From a virus, in the IMG/VR virus record IMGVR_UViG_3300047548_001271, positions 1 through 64,000 of that record: DNA of 64,000 nt; one strand, given 5' to 3'. Positions 25,643 through 35,219 of the stretch are shown here, in pieces. A program made the translations under genes and the position numbers. Each line of letters starts with the position of its first letter. Within the stretch, counting starts at the first letter, position 1. The notes below the pieces were generated by a model that was not told the DNA's origin, made no database searches, and saw only the letters and a program-made list of their open reading frames with translations.

Positions 25643-28417
25643 ATGCCAATAGTTCTCGCTGATAGAGTAAAGGAAATAACTTCTAGTAATGGTAGTGGAA
25701 ATATAACATTTTCCGGCCCATTAGCTGGTTTCCAATCCTTTTCGAGTGTGTTGGCTAGTGGTGATCAGACATACTATACTATAGTAAATAAAAATAATTG
25801 GGAGGTTGGTGTGGGAACATACCAATCTTCTACTTTTAGTAGAGATGTTATTTTATCTAGTAGTAATAACGGTCAAAGATTAAATCTTGCCGGAAATTCA
25901 ACCGTCTTTATCGCTTACCCCGCCGAGAAGAGCGTCTATAAAGACGAGGTTCAGAGAATAGTTGTTGAGTCGGGAATCATCTTCCCTGACTCCTCTGTTC
26001 AGACTACAGCGTTTACTGCAGAAACTGCTCAAGATATCGTTTCCTCTTTACTGACCGCCGGAACTGGAATTCAGCTTACATATAATGACTCCGGAAATTC
26101 ATTAGCAATAGATGCTTATGGAATTTTACCAACAGGGGGAACTACTGGGCAGATTTTATCAAAAATTGACGGAGTAAATTATAACACACAATGGATTGAT
26201 AATTATACTACCGAAGTTGTTCAGTATGTCAAAAATAGTAGTCATACAACCTTAAATAAAGGTCAAGTTGTTTATATTAATGGGGCCGATGGAACAAACC
26301 CTACTATTGCTTTAGCCATTGCTAGTGGAGAATCTGGATCGAGTAAGACATTAGGTTTTCTAAAACAGACATTAGCTCAAGGTGAATTTGGTTACGTTGT
26401 TACAGAAGGCGAGTTAGGAGGGTTAAACACAGATGCGGCAAATACTGATGGCGATACTGTTTGGCTTTCTCCGACTACTCCCGGTGACGTTGTTTATGGT
26501 CTTGCGAATAAGCCTTCCGCTCCTAATCATATGGTTTTTCTTGGATATGTTGTCAGAAAAAACATAAATAATGGACGAATCTTTGTAAAGGTTCAAAACG
26601 GCTTTGAATTAGAAGAATTACACAATGTCGTAGCTAAGAATCCAAACGATGGCGACATTATCAGATATAACAGTGCTTCTGGCTTATGGCAAGCACAAGC
26701 TCTGCCCGCTAGTTACAGCGACGAACAATCGCAAGATGCGGTTGGTGGAATCTTATCCAATACGCCAACGATTAATTTAAGTTACAGTGATAATACACCT
26801 TCTATCTCTGCTATTCTTAATGATACAACTGTTTCTACTGGTATTTATGGATCTGCAAATCAAGTAGGATCTTTTACTGTTGATCAGCAAGGTCGCATAA
26901 CAAATGCCTCAAACATTAGTATTACTCCAAGTGGAATTGGTGCTATTGGATCTTTAAATGGCTTGATTGATTCAAATCAAGTGTTTGCGACTGGCACAAC
27001 CGGCACTAATTTTAATATTGTTAGTAGTGGTACTACTCATACTTTTAATATACCAGATGCATCGGCAACCGCGAGAGGCGTAGTAACAACTGGATCGCAG
27101 ACTTTTAGCGGTGTTAAAACATTTCAAAATGATTTAAGATGTTATAGATTATCAGCCGTTGTTGGCGTCCAAAATCTAATTGAATTTGTTAGTGGGTCTG
27201 CGGTTCGTGCAATAATAACTGAACAAGGAAATCAAGAAGATTGGGGGTTTTTTCTTACATCAAGTGCGTATTCGCTAGGGGTAAGAACAACAGGTCGCGA
27301 ATCACAATGGGTTGCTGAAACATCAAATACTTGGGCTTCTCGTCGAGGCACGAACTCTCAAACCTTCAGAATATATAACACTTTCACGGACACTTCAAAT
27401 TACGAACGCTTAGCTCTCCAATTCGGAACGTTCTCGTCTGTTAGACATACCCAAATAGCCGCAGAAAGTGCTGGTACTGGTGCGGCTAATATGAATCTAG
27501 TGCTTACACCGAAAGGGACTGGAGCGTTTATAGTTGGCCCACCGCCAGATGGGACAATTGTTGGCGGTAATGCAAGAGGGGCTAGCGCAGTTGATTTACG
27601 CACGATAAGAAGTGCAGCCACTCAAGTTGCATCTGGCAGTAGTTCATTTCTTGGTCCTAATGGTGTTGCTGCTACAGGATCTGGCGCAGTTGCATTTGGT
27701 GGTACAGCTAGCGGGTCGAATACATTTTGTCTAGGCCCATCAAATAACACTGCGAGCGGCGGCGTTAATTTAGGTGTTGGAACAGAAGGGCAGAATAATG
27801 CTACGGGCGTTGGGAGTACGGTGATCTCAGGCCGATATAATACTACGAACGGTAGCTACGCGGTAGTTTTTGGACAGAGTTGTGCAGCGATCGCAACCGC
27901 ATCACTCGCTGGAGGTGAATCTTGTGGCACCAATTCTGGGGCTGATTTTTCGACATCTTTGGGGATATCCGCATTATCGAGATTGCACGGAGAATTTGCT
28001 TTAGCAAGCGGAAGATTTTCAACTAGTGGTGATTGTCAAAAAATAATAAATGTATTGCGATGTACAACGACAACAAATACCGCAGTCGAAATGTTATTTG
28101 CTGTATCTCGCGACAAACGTTTTGTCATTCCAGCGGGATATATTTGGCATGGTTTAGCAACTATAACAGGTACAAAATCAGATGGTTCTGCCGTGGCTGT
28201 GTATATGCGACAAATCAGCATCAAGCGAGTATCTAACACCACAAGCTTAGTTGGATCGGTGACAACGATCGGTACTGACCAAGATGCTGGAACAAGCATT
28301 TCAATAACTGCCGATGATACGAATGAATCTCTTAAAATAGAGCCAACAGGAATACTAAATGAAACGTGGCGTTGGATTTGTGTTCTTGATGGATCATTAG
28401 TTGCTTTTGGAATATAA
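25643..28417 (+). CDS. Tail fibre/spike-like virion protein
   Basis: 924 aa, LADRVKE N-terminus, G/S/T/A-rich beta-repeat C-terminal half. Confidence 0.7.
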   Translation: MPIVLADRVKEITSSNGSGNITFSGPLAGFQSFSSVLASGDQTYYTIVNKNNWEVGVGTYQSSTFSRDVILSSSNNGQRLNLAGNSTVFIAYPAEKSVYKDEVQRIVVESGIIFPDSSVQTTAFTAETAQDIVSSLLTAGTGIQLTYNDSGNSLAIDAYGILPTGGTTGQILSKIDGVNYNTQWIDNYTTEVVQYVKNSSHTTLNKGQVVYINGADGTNPTIALAIASGESGSSKTLGFLKQTLAQGEFGYVVTEGELGGLNTDAANTDGDTVWLSPTTPGDVVYGLANKPSAPNHMVFLGYVVRKNINNGRIFVKVQNGFELEELHNVVAKNPNDGDIIRYNSASGLWQAQALPASYSDEQSQDAVGGILSNTPTINLSYSDNTPSISAILNDTTVSTGIYGSANQVGSFTVDQQGRITNASNISITPSGIGAIGSLNGLIDSNQVFATGTTGTNFNIVSSGTTHTFNIPDASATARGVVTTGSQTFSGVKTFQNDLRCYRLSAVVGVQNLIEFVSGSAVRAIITEQGNQEDWGFFLTSSAYSLGVRTTGRESQWVAETSNTWASRRGTNSQTFRIYNTFTDTSNYERLALQFGTFSSVRHTQIAAESAGTGAANMNLVLTPKGTGAFIVGPPPDGTIVGGNARGASAVDLRTIRSAATQVASGSSSFLGPNGVAATGSGAVAFGGTASGSNTFCLGPSNNTASGGVNLGVGTEGQNNATGVGSTVISGRYNTTNGSYAVVFGQSCAAIATASLAGGESCGTNSGADFSTSLGISALSRLHGEFALASGRFSTSGDCQKIINVLRCTTTTNTAVEMLFAVSRDKRFVIPAGYIWHGLATITGTKSDGSAVAVYMRQISIKRVSNTTSLVGSVTTIGTDQDAGTSISITADDTNESLKIEPTGILNETWRWICVLDGSLVAFGI

Positions 28418-28455
28418 CAATATTTTATTAATAAAAAACTTAACTGGAGATAAAC

Positions 28456-28902
28456 ATGTCACTATTTCAAGTAGAAGAAAAAGCAAACGAACATCGCGAA
28501 CGAGCAAAGGCAATGTTAATGTTTGCAAATCAAGTGTCAACAGAAATAAAAAGACTCTACGATATGGGTCGCGAGATGATGTGGAATGTACCAAATTATA
28601 AAGTTGAAGACGCTCAAAAAATATTAAATGAATTAAGATCTTTAGTGCCACAGATTGAAGGTGAAATAATTCATCATGGTGGAGATATTCAATTATTTAA
28701 ATATCATGGGGCTTTAGGAACTTTTTTAGCCTCTATTGGAGTAATTAAAATGGAAGAGGTTTCCTCTCCTGTACCTTATGAGATCGTTAATGGAACTATA
28801 GTTTTAACTGGTGATAAATACCCAACAGAACCAAAGGAGGTTGTTGATGAACAAGACGGGGGTCTTAATGTTGATATCAATGATACTGTTAGCAATATAT
28901 GA
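28456..28902 (+). CDS. Hypothetical protein
   Basis: 148 aa, GGAG RBS. Confidence 0.65.
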   Translation: MSLFQVEEKANEHRERAKAMLMFANQVSTEIKRLYDMGREMMWNVPNYKVEDAQKILNELRSLVPQIEGEIIHHGGDIQLFKYHGALGTFLASIGVIKMEEVSSPVPYEIVNGTIVLTGDKYPTEPKEVVDEQDGGLNVDINDTVSNI

Positions 28903-29044
28903 CTTTTTTGCGTATGTTGTTGGTGGTGATTATTCTACAATTAGCAGAGTTTTAAAAGATTCAGGAGCTGATGCTCCGGCTATAATATTAGTAATCGGTT
29001 ATCTATTGGGACATTGGTTTAGCCCCATGCCGCCTTCTAAATAA
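28847..29044 (+). CDS. Small two-TM membrane protein (holin-like candidate)
   Basis: AAGGAGG RBS; two hydrophobic segments. Confidence 0.5.
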   Translation: MNKTGVLMLISMILLAIYDFFAYVVGGDYSTISRVLKDSGADAPAIILVIGYLLGHWFSPMPPSK

Positions 29045-29061
29045 AATTGGAGTATATAATA

Positions 29062-29217
29062 ATGTTTACGCAAGAGGAAATTCAAAATTTATTAGTTCTA
29101 ATGGAAGCTGGAGTAAGAGCCATAACATCTCAAACACCAGTTGATAAATGTTCAGAAATTTTTAGGGTCTGTTCAGTATTAATGGAAAAAGTAAAGTCAC
29201 TTAAAGAAGAAACTTAA
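29062..29217 (+). CDS. Small hypothetical protein (51 aa, MFTQEEIQN...)
   Basis: Follows the TGGAGTAT motif; TAATG coupling to the next gene. Confidence 0.5.
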   Translation: MFTQEEIQNLLVLMEAGVRAITSQTPVDKCSEIFRVCSVLMEKVKSLKEET

Positions 29218-29468
29218 TGTTTTCTGAACACAGCTTTTGTGAATCCCCATTTGCTTCTTTTATCGCAATAGAAATAAATGGGGAAATTTTTTTCTTCGAT
29301 CTTTCAGTCGAAAGTAATATTGTTCTTGAACTATCATTATCGAGATCGTTAAATTTTGAATTAGAAACTGAATTAGTCGAATATGATGAAATTATTTTAT
29401 AGATATGGACTAAACAATACTTTGAGTTAGAAATTGAAAAAGAAGAATCTTATATTTTAATTCGGTGA
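29217..29468 (+). CDS. Small repeat protein with an in-frame TAG at 29400-29402
   Basis: The ~10-aa repeat continues past the TAG to TGA at 29468, 3 nt before the next ATG. Confidence 0.5.
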
Positions 29469-29471
29469 AAA

Positions 29472-29777
29472 ATGGCAAGCGAAATACATGTTAATGACAT
29501 AGGAACTCAGCTAATAATAACCATTAAAGATGATGGTAGTATTGTAGATATTTCATCTGCTACAGAATTAAAGATTTTTCTAAAAAAACCAGATGCAATT
29601 ATCTATGAAAAAACCGGCTCTTTTTATACTGATGGAACTGACGGAAAAATAGTTTATATTAGTGAGTCAGGTGATTTTAATTCTGCCGGACAATATAAAA
29701 TACAAGCAGAAATAGTTCTTGGCGGCTCTGTTTATCGTAGTAGTGTTGGAACTTTCAAAGTCTATTGTAATATATGA
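29472..29777 (+). CDS. BppU-like/Ig-fold virion protein
   Basis: D-G-Q, VDIS, KKPD, DGK..Y, G-Y-IQ pattern. Confidence 0.55.
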   Translation: MASEIHVNDIGTQLIITIKDDGSIVDISSATELKIFLKKPDAIIYEKTGSFYTDGTDGKIVYISESGDFNSAGQYKIQAEIVLGGSVYRSSVGTFKVYCNI

Positions 29778-29784
29778 GGTTAAT

Positions 29785-30312
29785 ATGAGCTGGCAAGGCG
29801 AAATAACAACGATTGTAAGACATTTAGTAAATGATGTCGATCCTGACAGCTACACCTACTCTGATCGCAGACTCGAAACGGCAATATTGGTATCTGCTCA
29901 AATAGTTCTTTCGGAAATTGATTTTGAAAATACATACACTGTTGATGTCGAGCAGTGCGTTTTAACACCAGACCCAACAGATCCTGCAACTGGATTGGCA
30001 ACAGCAAATAAAGATGATGGCTTTATAAATTTAATCTCTCTCAAAACAGCTTGTCTTATACTTGGTAGTGAATATAAAACACAATCATTAAATGCTGTTA
30101 GAATCACTGATGGACCATCTAGTATGGATTTTAGTGGCGTCGCAGCTAATTTAAAAAACATGTATGATTCAGCTTGCAAGGCTTATGAACAATATAAGTT
30201 TAATCTAAAGGTTGGATCTTCTTCAGTTGGAAAAGCGATTCTCAGCCCATACTCTCCAGGTGCAGATGCTGTATATCGAGAGTTTGATTTTTATAATGGT
30301 TATTTTAGATAG
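29785..30312 (+). CDS. Head-tail adaptor-like protein
   Basis: VRHLVND...YSD.RL N-terminus; synteny. Confidence 0.55.
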   Translation: MSWQGEITTIVRHLVNDVDPDSYTYSDRRLETAILVSAQIVLSEIDFENTYTVDVEQCVLTPDPTDPATGLATANKDDGFINLISLKTACLILGSEYKTQSLNAVRITDGPSSMDFSGVAANLKNMYDSACKAYEQYKFNLKVGSSSVGKAILSPYSPGADAVYREFDFYNGYFR

Positions 30313-30321
30313 GAGTTTAAT

Positions 30322-30519
30322 ATGCCAGATGTTCTTCAAAAAATTATTGAAGCGAATCCGATAAGAAATGGTAGAGCCATGGTTAGTATACAACCAGTGG
30401 TAGTAATTAATAATAGAACACTACCATCAAAAATAAATAGTACATATGAAATGTTGTACAACAGCGGTGTTTTAGATGATAGACTTGACGAGATTAGATA
30501 CTATACTTCAAGCGGCTAA
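30322..30519 (+). CDS. Hypothetical protein
   Basis: 65 aa, AGGAG RBS. Confidence 0.6.
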   Translation: MPDVLQKIIEANPIRNGRAMVSIQPVVVINNRTLPSKINSTYEMLYNSGVLDDRLDEIRYYTSSG

Positions 30520-30521
30520 TT

Positions 30522-30998
30522 ATGAAAATATCAAAGACAATATTTGATAAATATGACGAGTTAACAAGTCTTATGCTTGATGTCAATGTTTTTGGCGTCA
30601 ACTGTAAGTTAGTATACACAGACAAAATACAAAAAATACAGACAAACACAAGTCAACTAAAGCAGAAAAAGATCTTAAACTTACAGCAGATCGCCCCTCC
30701 TAATGAATTTGGTAGAGCTGAAGAAGATTTCAAAATAATAGAAGTTACTGAAGATATTATATTGAGGGTTTACTGGACTCAAAAAGATTTTAAAAAATTT
30801 GCAAATGTCAATCTCCCTGATGGCTCTATAATGACGATTGGTAATTATTCAGACTTGTCAAAAATTAATCGGGCAATAGCACTAGTTATACAAACGAGTA
30901 AGACAGACCATCAAGAATGGAGATTTGAAAAATCTGGCGAACCCGCTGTACATGGCTTAACAGGAAAACAGCTAATGTGCTTCTGGAGAAGAATATGA
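30522..30998 (+). CDS. Head closure-like protein
   Basis: Neck-region synteny. Confidence 0.45.
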   Translation: MKISKTIFDKYDELTSLMLDVNVFGVNCKLVYTDKIQKIQTNTSQLKQKKILNLQQIAPPNEFGRAEEDFKIIEVTEDIILRVYWTQKDFKKFANVNLPDGSIMTIGNYSDLSKINRAIALVIQTSKTDHQEWRFEKSGEPAVHGLTGKQLMCFWRRI

Positions 30999-31699
30999 AG
31001 CTTAGATACAAGGTTTCAATAAATAATAACAACTTAAAAACGGAAGTTCTTTTCGTCGCGAAGGAAGTTGTAAGCAAAGCGATACAAGATAAGACGCCAA
31101 TGATCATCGATTATGCTAAATCTCTTCTTAAATGGGAAATTGATAATTCTAAAACCATTTCCTCTTTACTGACTGGAAAACTGAAAGCAGATTTTGGATT
31201 AACTGATGATTTAGCTAAGTCCGCCGTAGAAGAAATAACAAATCATTTAGTAAGTAATATTACTATTTTACCAGTAGAAAAAAAGGGTGGTTATTCTTTA
31301 ATTTCATTTATTCTCAGACTTTCTCCATTGCCAGATTTTTATAAAACAATTTCATCTGGGTCTTATTATAGTGATGGTTATTATGTTAGATCAAGAGGTG
31401 CAGATGGTCAGATCGATTGGCTTGAATGGTTACTAACTCGCGGAACTGAAATTATTATTGATGATTATTATGTTTGGTACACTACAGACAAAATTAAATC
31501 AAAAATAAGGCTTAAAAGCTCTGTAGAAAGTCGCTCTGGAATGGCTTTAATGCTCCCAAATACTAAACTCCGCACAGGGACTGGTGGATTTAGAGTTGAT
31601 CCAGAATTCGCTGGAACAATAGATAGTAATTTTATTACTGATATGTTGCAAACAGTTATTTTCTACTCAAAAGATTATATACTTGAGAATTTATTATGA
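30995..31699 (+). CDS. Neck/tail completion-like protein
   Basis: ATGA coupling; WLEWLL.RG motif; synteny. Confidence 0.45.
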   Translation: MKLRYKVSINNNNLKTEVLFVAKEVVSKAIQDKTPMIIDYAKSLLKWEIDNSKTISSLLTGKLKADFGLTDDLAKSAVEEITNHLVSNITILPVEKKGGYSLISFILRLSPLPDFYKTISSGSYYSDGYYVRSRGADGQIDWLEWLLTRGTEIIIDDYYVWYTTDKIKSKIRLKSSVESRSGMALMLPNTKLRTGTGGFRVDPEFAGTIDSNFITDMLQTVIFYSKDYILENLL

Positions 31700-32649
31700 C
31701 ATATTTAAAAGGTTTTACTAATATTGGAGACTCCACTGTCACGAATCACATTCGAGAGAATCTTATTTCCTATTTTGACTATGGATTAGTAGAAAAATCC
31801 AACTTTATCAATGTGCAAATACCTCAAACTGGTTATTATGGCGGTTTAGATCATAGATTAAGACTCATTAACGATCCTAGATATTCTTCTGGTCAAGTTT
31901 GGCAGGCTGTTCGTGGTAATTGGGTTTGGGAGAGCGGATTAGGTGCATTAACTAGTAATAACCCATCATATCCAGGAATAAGTGGTGTTTATGTAAATAA
32001 TACATTTTATCCAGTTTCAACAACTGGTAATTATTCCCATCATATTAATCATTATTTAGGACGTGTTATTTTTGATAATCCAATACCATCCGGATCTATT
32101 GTTGAATGTCAATACAGTTATAAATATATCAGTGTAACAAAATGCGATGGCATTAATTGGTTCACACAAATTCAAAAAAATTCTGAGAGGTCGGATTCAA
32201 CAAATTTTATTTCTCAAGATGGTGATTATAGTATCCTATCAGATAATCGCTATCAATTACCATCAATAGGAATTGAGGTAGGAAAAACTAGAAAAATGAA
32301 GCCGTTCCAAATTGGAGGTGGCCAAATTGTGTACACAGATTTTTATTTACATTGTATTTCCGAAGACGCTTATACGAGAGATAATTTGGTGGACATAGTT
32401 TGTCTACAAAATGAAAAAGTAATAAACGCTTATGATTTAAACAAAATCTCTGCTAGTGGTGCTTTCCCATTAGATTATAGAGGAGTTCCAGCTTCTGGAG
32501 CTAAACAATATCCGGAATTAGTAACTGAATTCCCAGGTGATCAAATTAGAATTATTAATTCATCATTTGATTCCATATATTCACTAACCCCAGACATACA
32601 CGTTGGGACAGTAAAGATTGTTACCGAGTGTATTTTGTTTGGCGTATAA
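31696..32649 (+). CDS. Tail terminator-like virion protein
   Basis: LPSIGIE...GGG...RD.L.D pattern directly upstream of the tube gene. Confidence 0.5.
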   Translation: MTYLKGFTNIGDSTVTNHIRENLISYFDYGLVEKSNFINVQIPQTGYYGGLDHRLRLINDPRYSSGQVWQAVRGNWVWESGLGALTSNNPSYPGISGVYVNNTFYPVSTTGNYSHHINHYLGRVIFDNPIPSGSIVECQYSYKYISVTKCDGINWFTQIQKNSERSDSTNFISQDGDYSILSDNRYQLPSIGIEVGKTRKMKPFQIGGGQIVYTDFYLHCISEDAYTRDNLVDIVCLQNEKVINAYDLNKISASGAFPLDYRGVPASGAKQYPELVTEFPGDQIRIINSSFDSIYSLTPDIHVGTVKIVTECILFGV

Positions 32650-32686
32650 ATTAATACAATTTCACCCTTTTTACTGGAGATAAAAT

Positions 32687-33880
32687 ATGCCATTTGCAAG
32701 TACATCACAAAATAAAAGAATTATATATGCTACTCAAGGCGTCGCTATAGGCGATATGGGAGCCTCAACTGTCCAAGATAGCTGGAAGAGCGGTTCAGCC
32801 GTAAGCGGTTCTGGAAAACTAAGTATTGTTCACGGTCTACAGAGCATGGGCGTTGATACCAACTTCAATCTTGAGCAGATTTTTGAATTTGCACAGCTTT
32901 CTCTTTATGAGAACTATGAAGAAGTTCCTGATATTCAAGTTCAATGCGAAAGAGTCCTTGATGGATACTCTCTGCTTTATCATTTAGGAACAGTGAGTGC
33001 GGTTAATCCTACATTAATTGGTCGATCGGACGCAAGAGCTGATGTTAGAGCTGTTATTGGCTTAACAACTGATACTGCTGTTAACAGCGGAGATGCTGCT
33101 GTTGCTGAAGTTTATGCGTCTGGAATGTATGTTAGTAGCGTCAGCTACAATCTTTCTACAGACGGAAACTTTACAGAATCAGTTACATTTGTTGGAAATG
33201 ATAAAGCGATTCTTGGCGGATCTCAAAATGGAGTTCTAACAAATAACGGCTCAGTTGTTGCTGCTTTTGGTACGATTTTTGGAAATGATTCTCCAGCAGC
33301 ACCAGGTGGAAGCGTTCTCCGTAGACAAAATCTAGTTGTTGGTTCAACAGGACGAACATATGGTGGAACTGTGTTTAGAACAGTTGTTCCATCTATTATC
33401 CCAGGCGTAACAACTGGTGGAGCTGGAATTGGAACGGGGTTAAATTCAAACTGCGGATACATTAATGTTGATAGCGGAGTTTATATTAACTCAATTTCAA
33501 CGAGTGTTGATCTTGGACGAGAAGAAATTAGAACTATGGGTCAGAAGCTTCCTTATTACAGGTATGTTTCTTTCCCTGTTGATGTTACAACTGATATCGA
33601 AGTAACTGCCGCTGGAGCAGACAATGTTCAAGCTAGTGGAAACGTTAAAAATCTATCAGATCACTCAATTCAATTTGTTCTCGATGATTCAACTGTTATT
33701 TCTCTTGGTAATAAAAACAAAGTAACTTCTGTTTCTTATGGAAATGGAGATACTGGTGGTGGAAATGCCACGATTTCATATTCATTTGTCAATTCAAATG
33801 ACTTTGTTGTTTTACATTCTGGAGACCCTAACTATACAGTTCCTCCAACTGGAACAAATTACTGGAAGAACTGGTTCTAA
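32687..33880 (+). CDS. Major tail tube protein
   Basis: 397 aa, G/S/T/V-rich, own putative promoter, upstream of chaperones and TMP. Confidence 0.65.
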   Translation: MPFASTSQNKRIIYATQGVAIGDMGASTVQDSWKSGSAVSGSGKLSIVHGLQSMGVDTNFNLEQIFEFAQLSLYENYEEVPDIQVQCERVLDGYSLLYHLGTVSAVNPTLIGRSDARADVRAVIGLTTDTAVNSGDAAVAEVYASGMYVSSVSYNLSTDGNFTESVTFVGNDKAILGGSQNGVLTNNGSVVAAFGTIFGNDSPAAPGGSVLRRQNLVVGSTGRTYGGTVFRTVVPSIIPGVTTGGAGIGTGLNSNCGYINVDSGVYINSISTSVDLGREEIRTMGQKLPYYRYVSFPVDVTTDIEVTAAGADNVQASGNVKNLSDHSIQFVLDDSTVISLGNKNKVTSVSYGNGDTGGGNATISYSFVNSNDFVVLHSGDPNYTVPPTGTNYWKNWF

Positions 33881-33913
33881 TAATTAAAATCCGTTGTTAA
33901 AGGAAAAACAACG

Positions 33914-34906
33914 TTGTCAAAAATAAATCGACTACTTTCTGGGACTGTTATAGTCACATTAGACTCTAGTAAAATTTTCGTAAGACCTTTTTCACTAGAA
34001 GACAAACTGATTTCTGATGATATCTATCAAGAAATTTATGATGATTGTTTTCTAAGTGGAGGTTTTACGAATGAAGAACTAGAGTCTATTTTGTATCAAT
34101 TAGGCTTTTGGTCTGATAAAGAAGAGAAAGAGTTAGAATCTCTTGAGGATTTAATAGAACAAGCTAAAGTTGATTACTTCCTAAATTTCTTAATGGAATC
34201 AAAAAGGAAACACATCAAATATAACTTAGATATTGCTGAAGAAAAATATAAGAAGCTTCTCGCTAAAAAATCTGCTTTGGCCGATAAGACTTGTGAATAT
34301 ACAGCTCATTATGCAAAGCTAACTTATTTAATAGAGAATTCATCTTATATAGACAACAAGATTAAAATTGATGAAAATGTTGACATATTCAGATTAATTA
34401 ATAAACATATTGAAAAATCTCTTTCGGAATCAGAGATTAGAGGAATAGCAAAAAGCAATGAATGGAAAAGTATTTGGAATACATGTAAAAATCCTACCGA
34501 CTTGTTCAAACCGTCAGCTTATGAACTGACTAATGAGCAAGTCGTTTTGATTTCATGGTCAAGGATGTATGATAATATTCATGAATCGCCAGACTGTCCA
34601 CCAAACGAAGTAATAGATGATGATATCGCTATGGATGGCTGGATGATTCATCAAAGTAGAAAACGAAAAGAGGAGGATAAAGATAGACAAAAGGAAAACT
34701 TATTAACAACTAAAGCAAAGGAAGTGTTCATTCCAGTTAAAAACCAACAAGAGCAAAAAGAGATTTTATCTTTAAATAATGCTCATGGGAAATCAGTAAT
34801 TTCATCAATCAAAAAAGATGTAGAGGAAAGAGGAGTTTTAAACGAAATGGAGTTAACACATGTTAGACAAGAAATTCAAATGGAAGCAAACAAAAGGAGA
34901 AAGTGA
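33914..34906 (+). CDS. Tail assembly chaperone-like protein
   Basis: 330 aa helical/charged protein between tube and TMP; TTG start. Confidence 0.45.
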   Translation: MSKINRLLSGTVIVTLDSSKIFVRPFSLEDKLISDDIYQEIYDDCFLSGGFTNEELESILYQLGFWSDKEEKELESLEDLIEQAKVDYFLNFLMESKRKHIKYNLDIAEEKYKKLLAKKSALADKTCEYTAHYAKLTYLIENSSYIDNKIKIDENVDIFRLINKHIEKSLSESEIRGIAKSNEWKSIWNTCKNPTDLFKPSAYELTNEQVVLISWSRMYDNIHESPDCPPNEVIDDDIAMDGWMIHQSRKRKEEDKDRQKENLLTTKAKEVFIPVKNQQEQKEILSLNNAHGKSVISSIKKDVEERGVLNEMELTHVRQEIQMEANKRRK

Positions 34907-35217
34907 TGGATAAAAAAGAACTTGTTAGACAGCAATCAAAAGAGCGACTAACAAAAGAAGTAAAAAAAAGAATTAATACAACTATGATCGGTGCTATTGC
35001 TAGTGTTGAAGAACACTTCGGAAAGTTATGGGGTTTTAATTCTGATGGTGAATTAAATTACCAACAACAAAAAATGAAGGAATTATTCGAAGAGCTTAGG
35101 GCCGATATACTAGATAAGGGAAATGCTCAAATTCGACAATTTGAAGCAGAATTAAATAATTACGATATCAACTGGAATAGATATCACATAACCATTTTAC
35201 CAATTAATAGGAGATAG
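34903..35217 (+). CDS. Hypothetical helical protein
   Basis: 104 aa, translationally coupled. Confidence 0.6.
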   Translation: MMDKKELVRQQSKERLTKEVKKRINTTMIGAIASVEEHFGKLWGFNSDGELNYQQQKMKELFEELRADILDKGNAQIRQFEAELNNYDINWNRYHITILPINRR

Positions 35218-35219
35218 GA

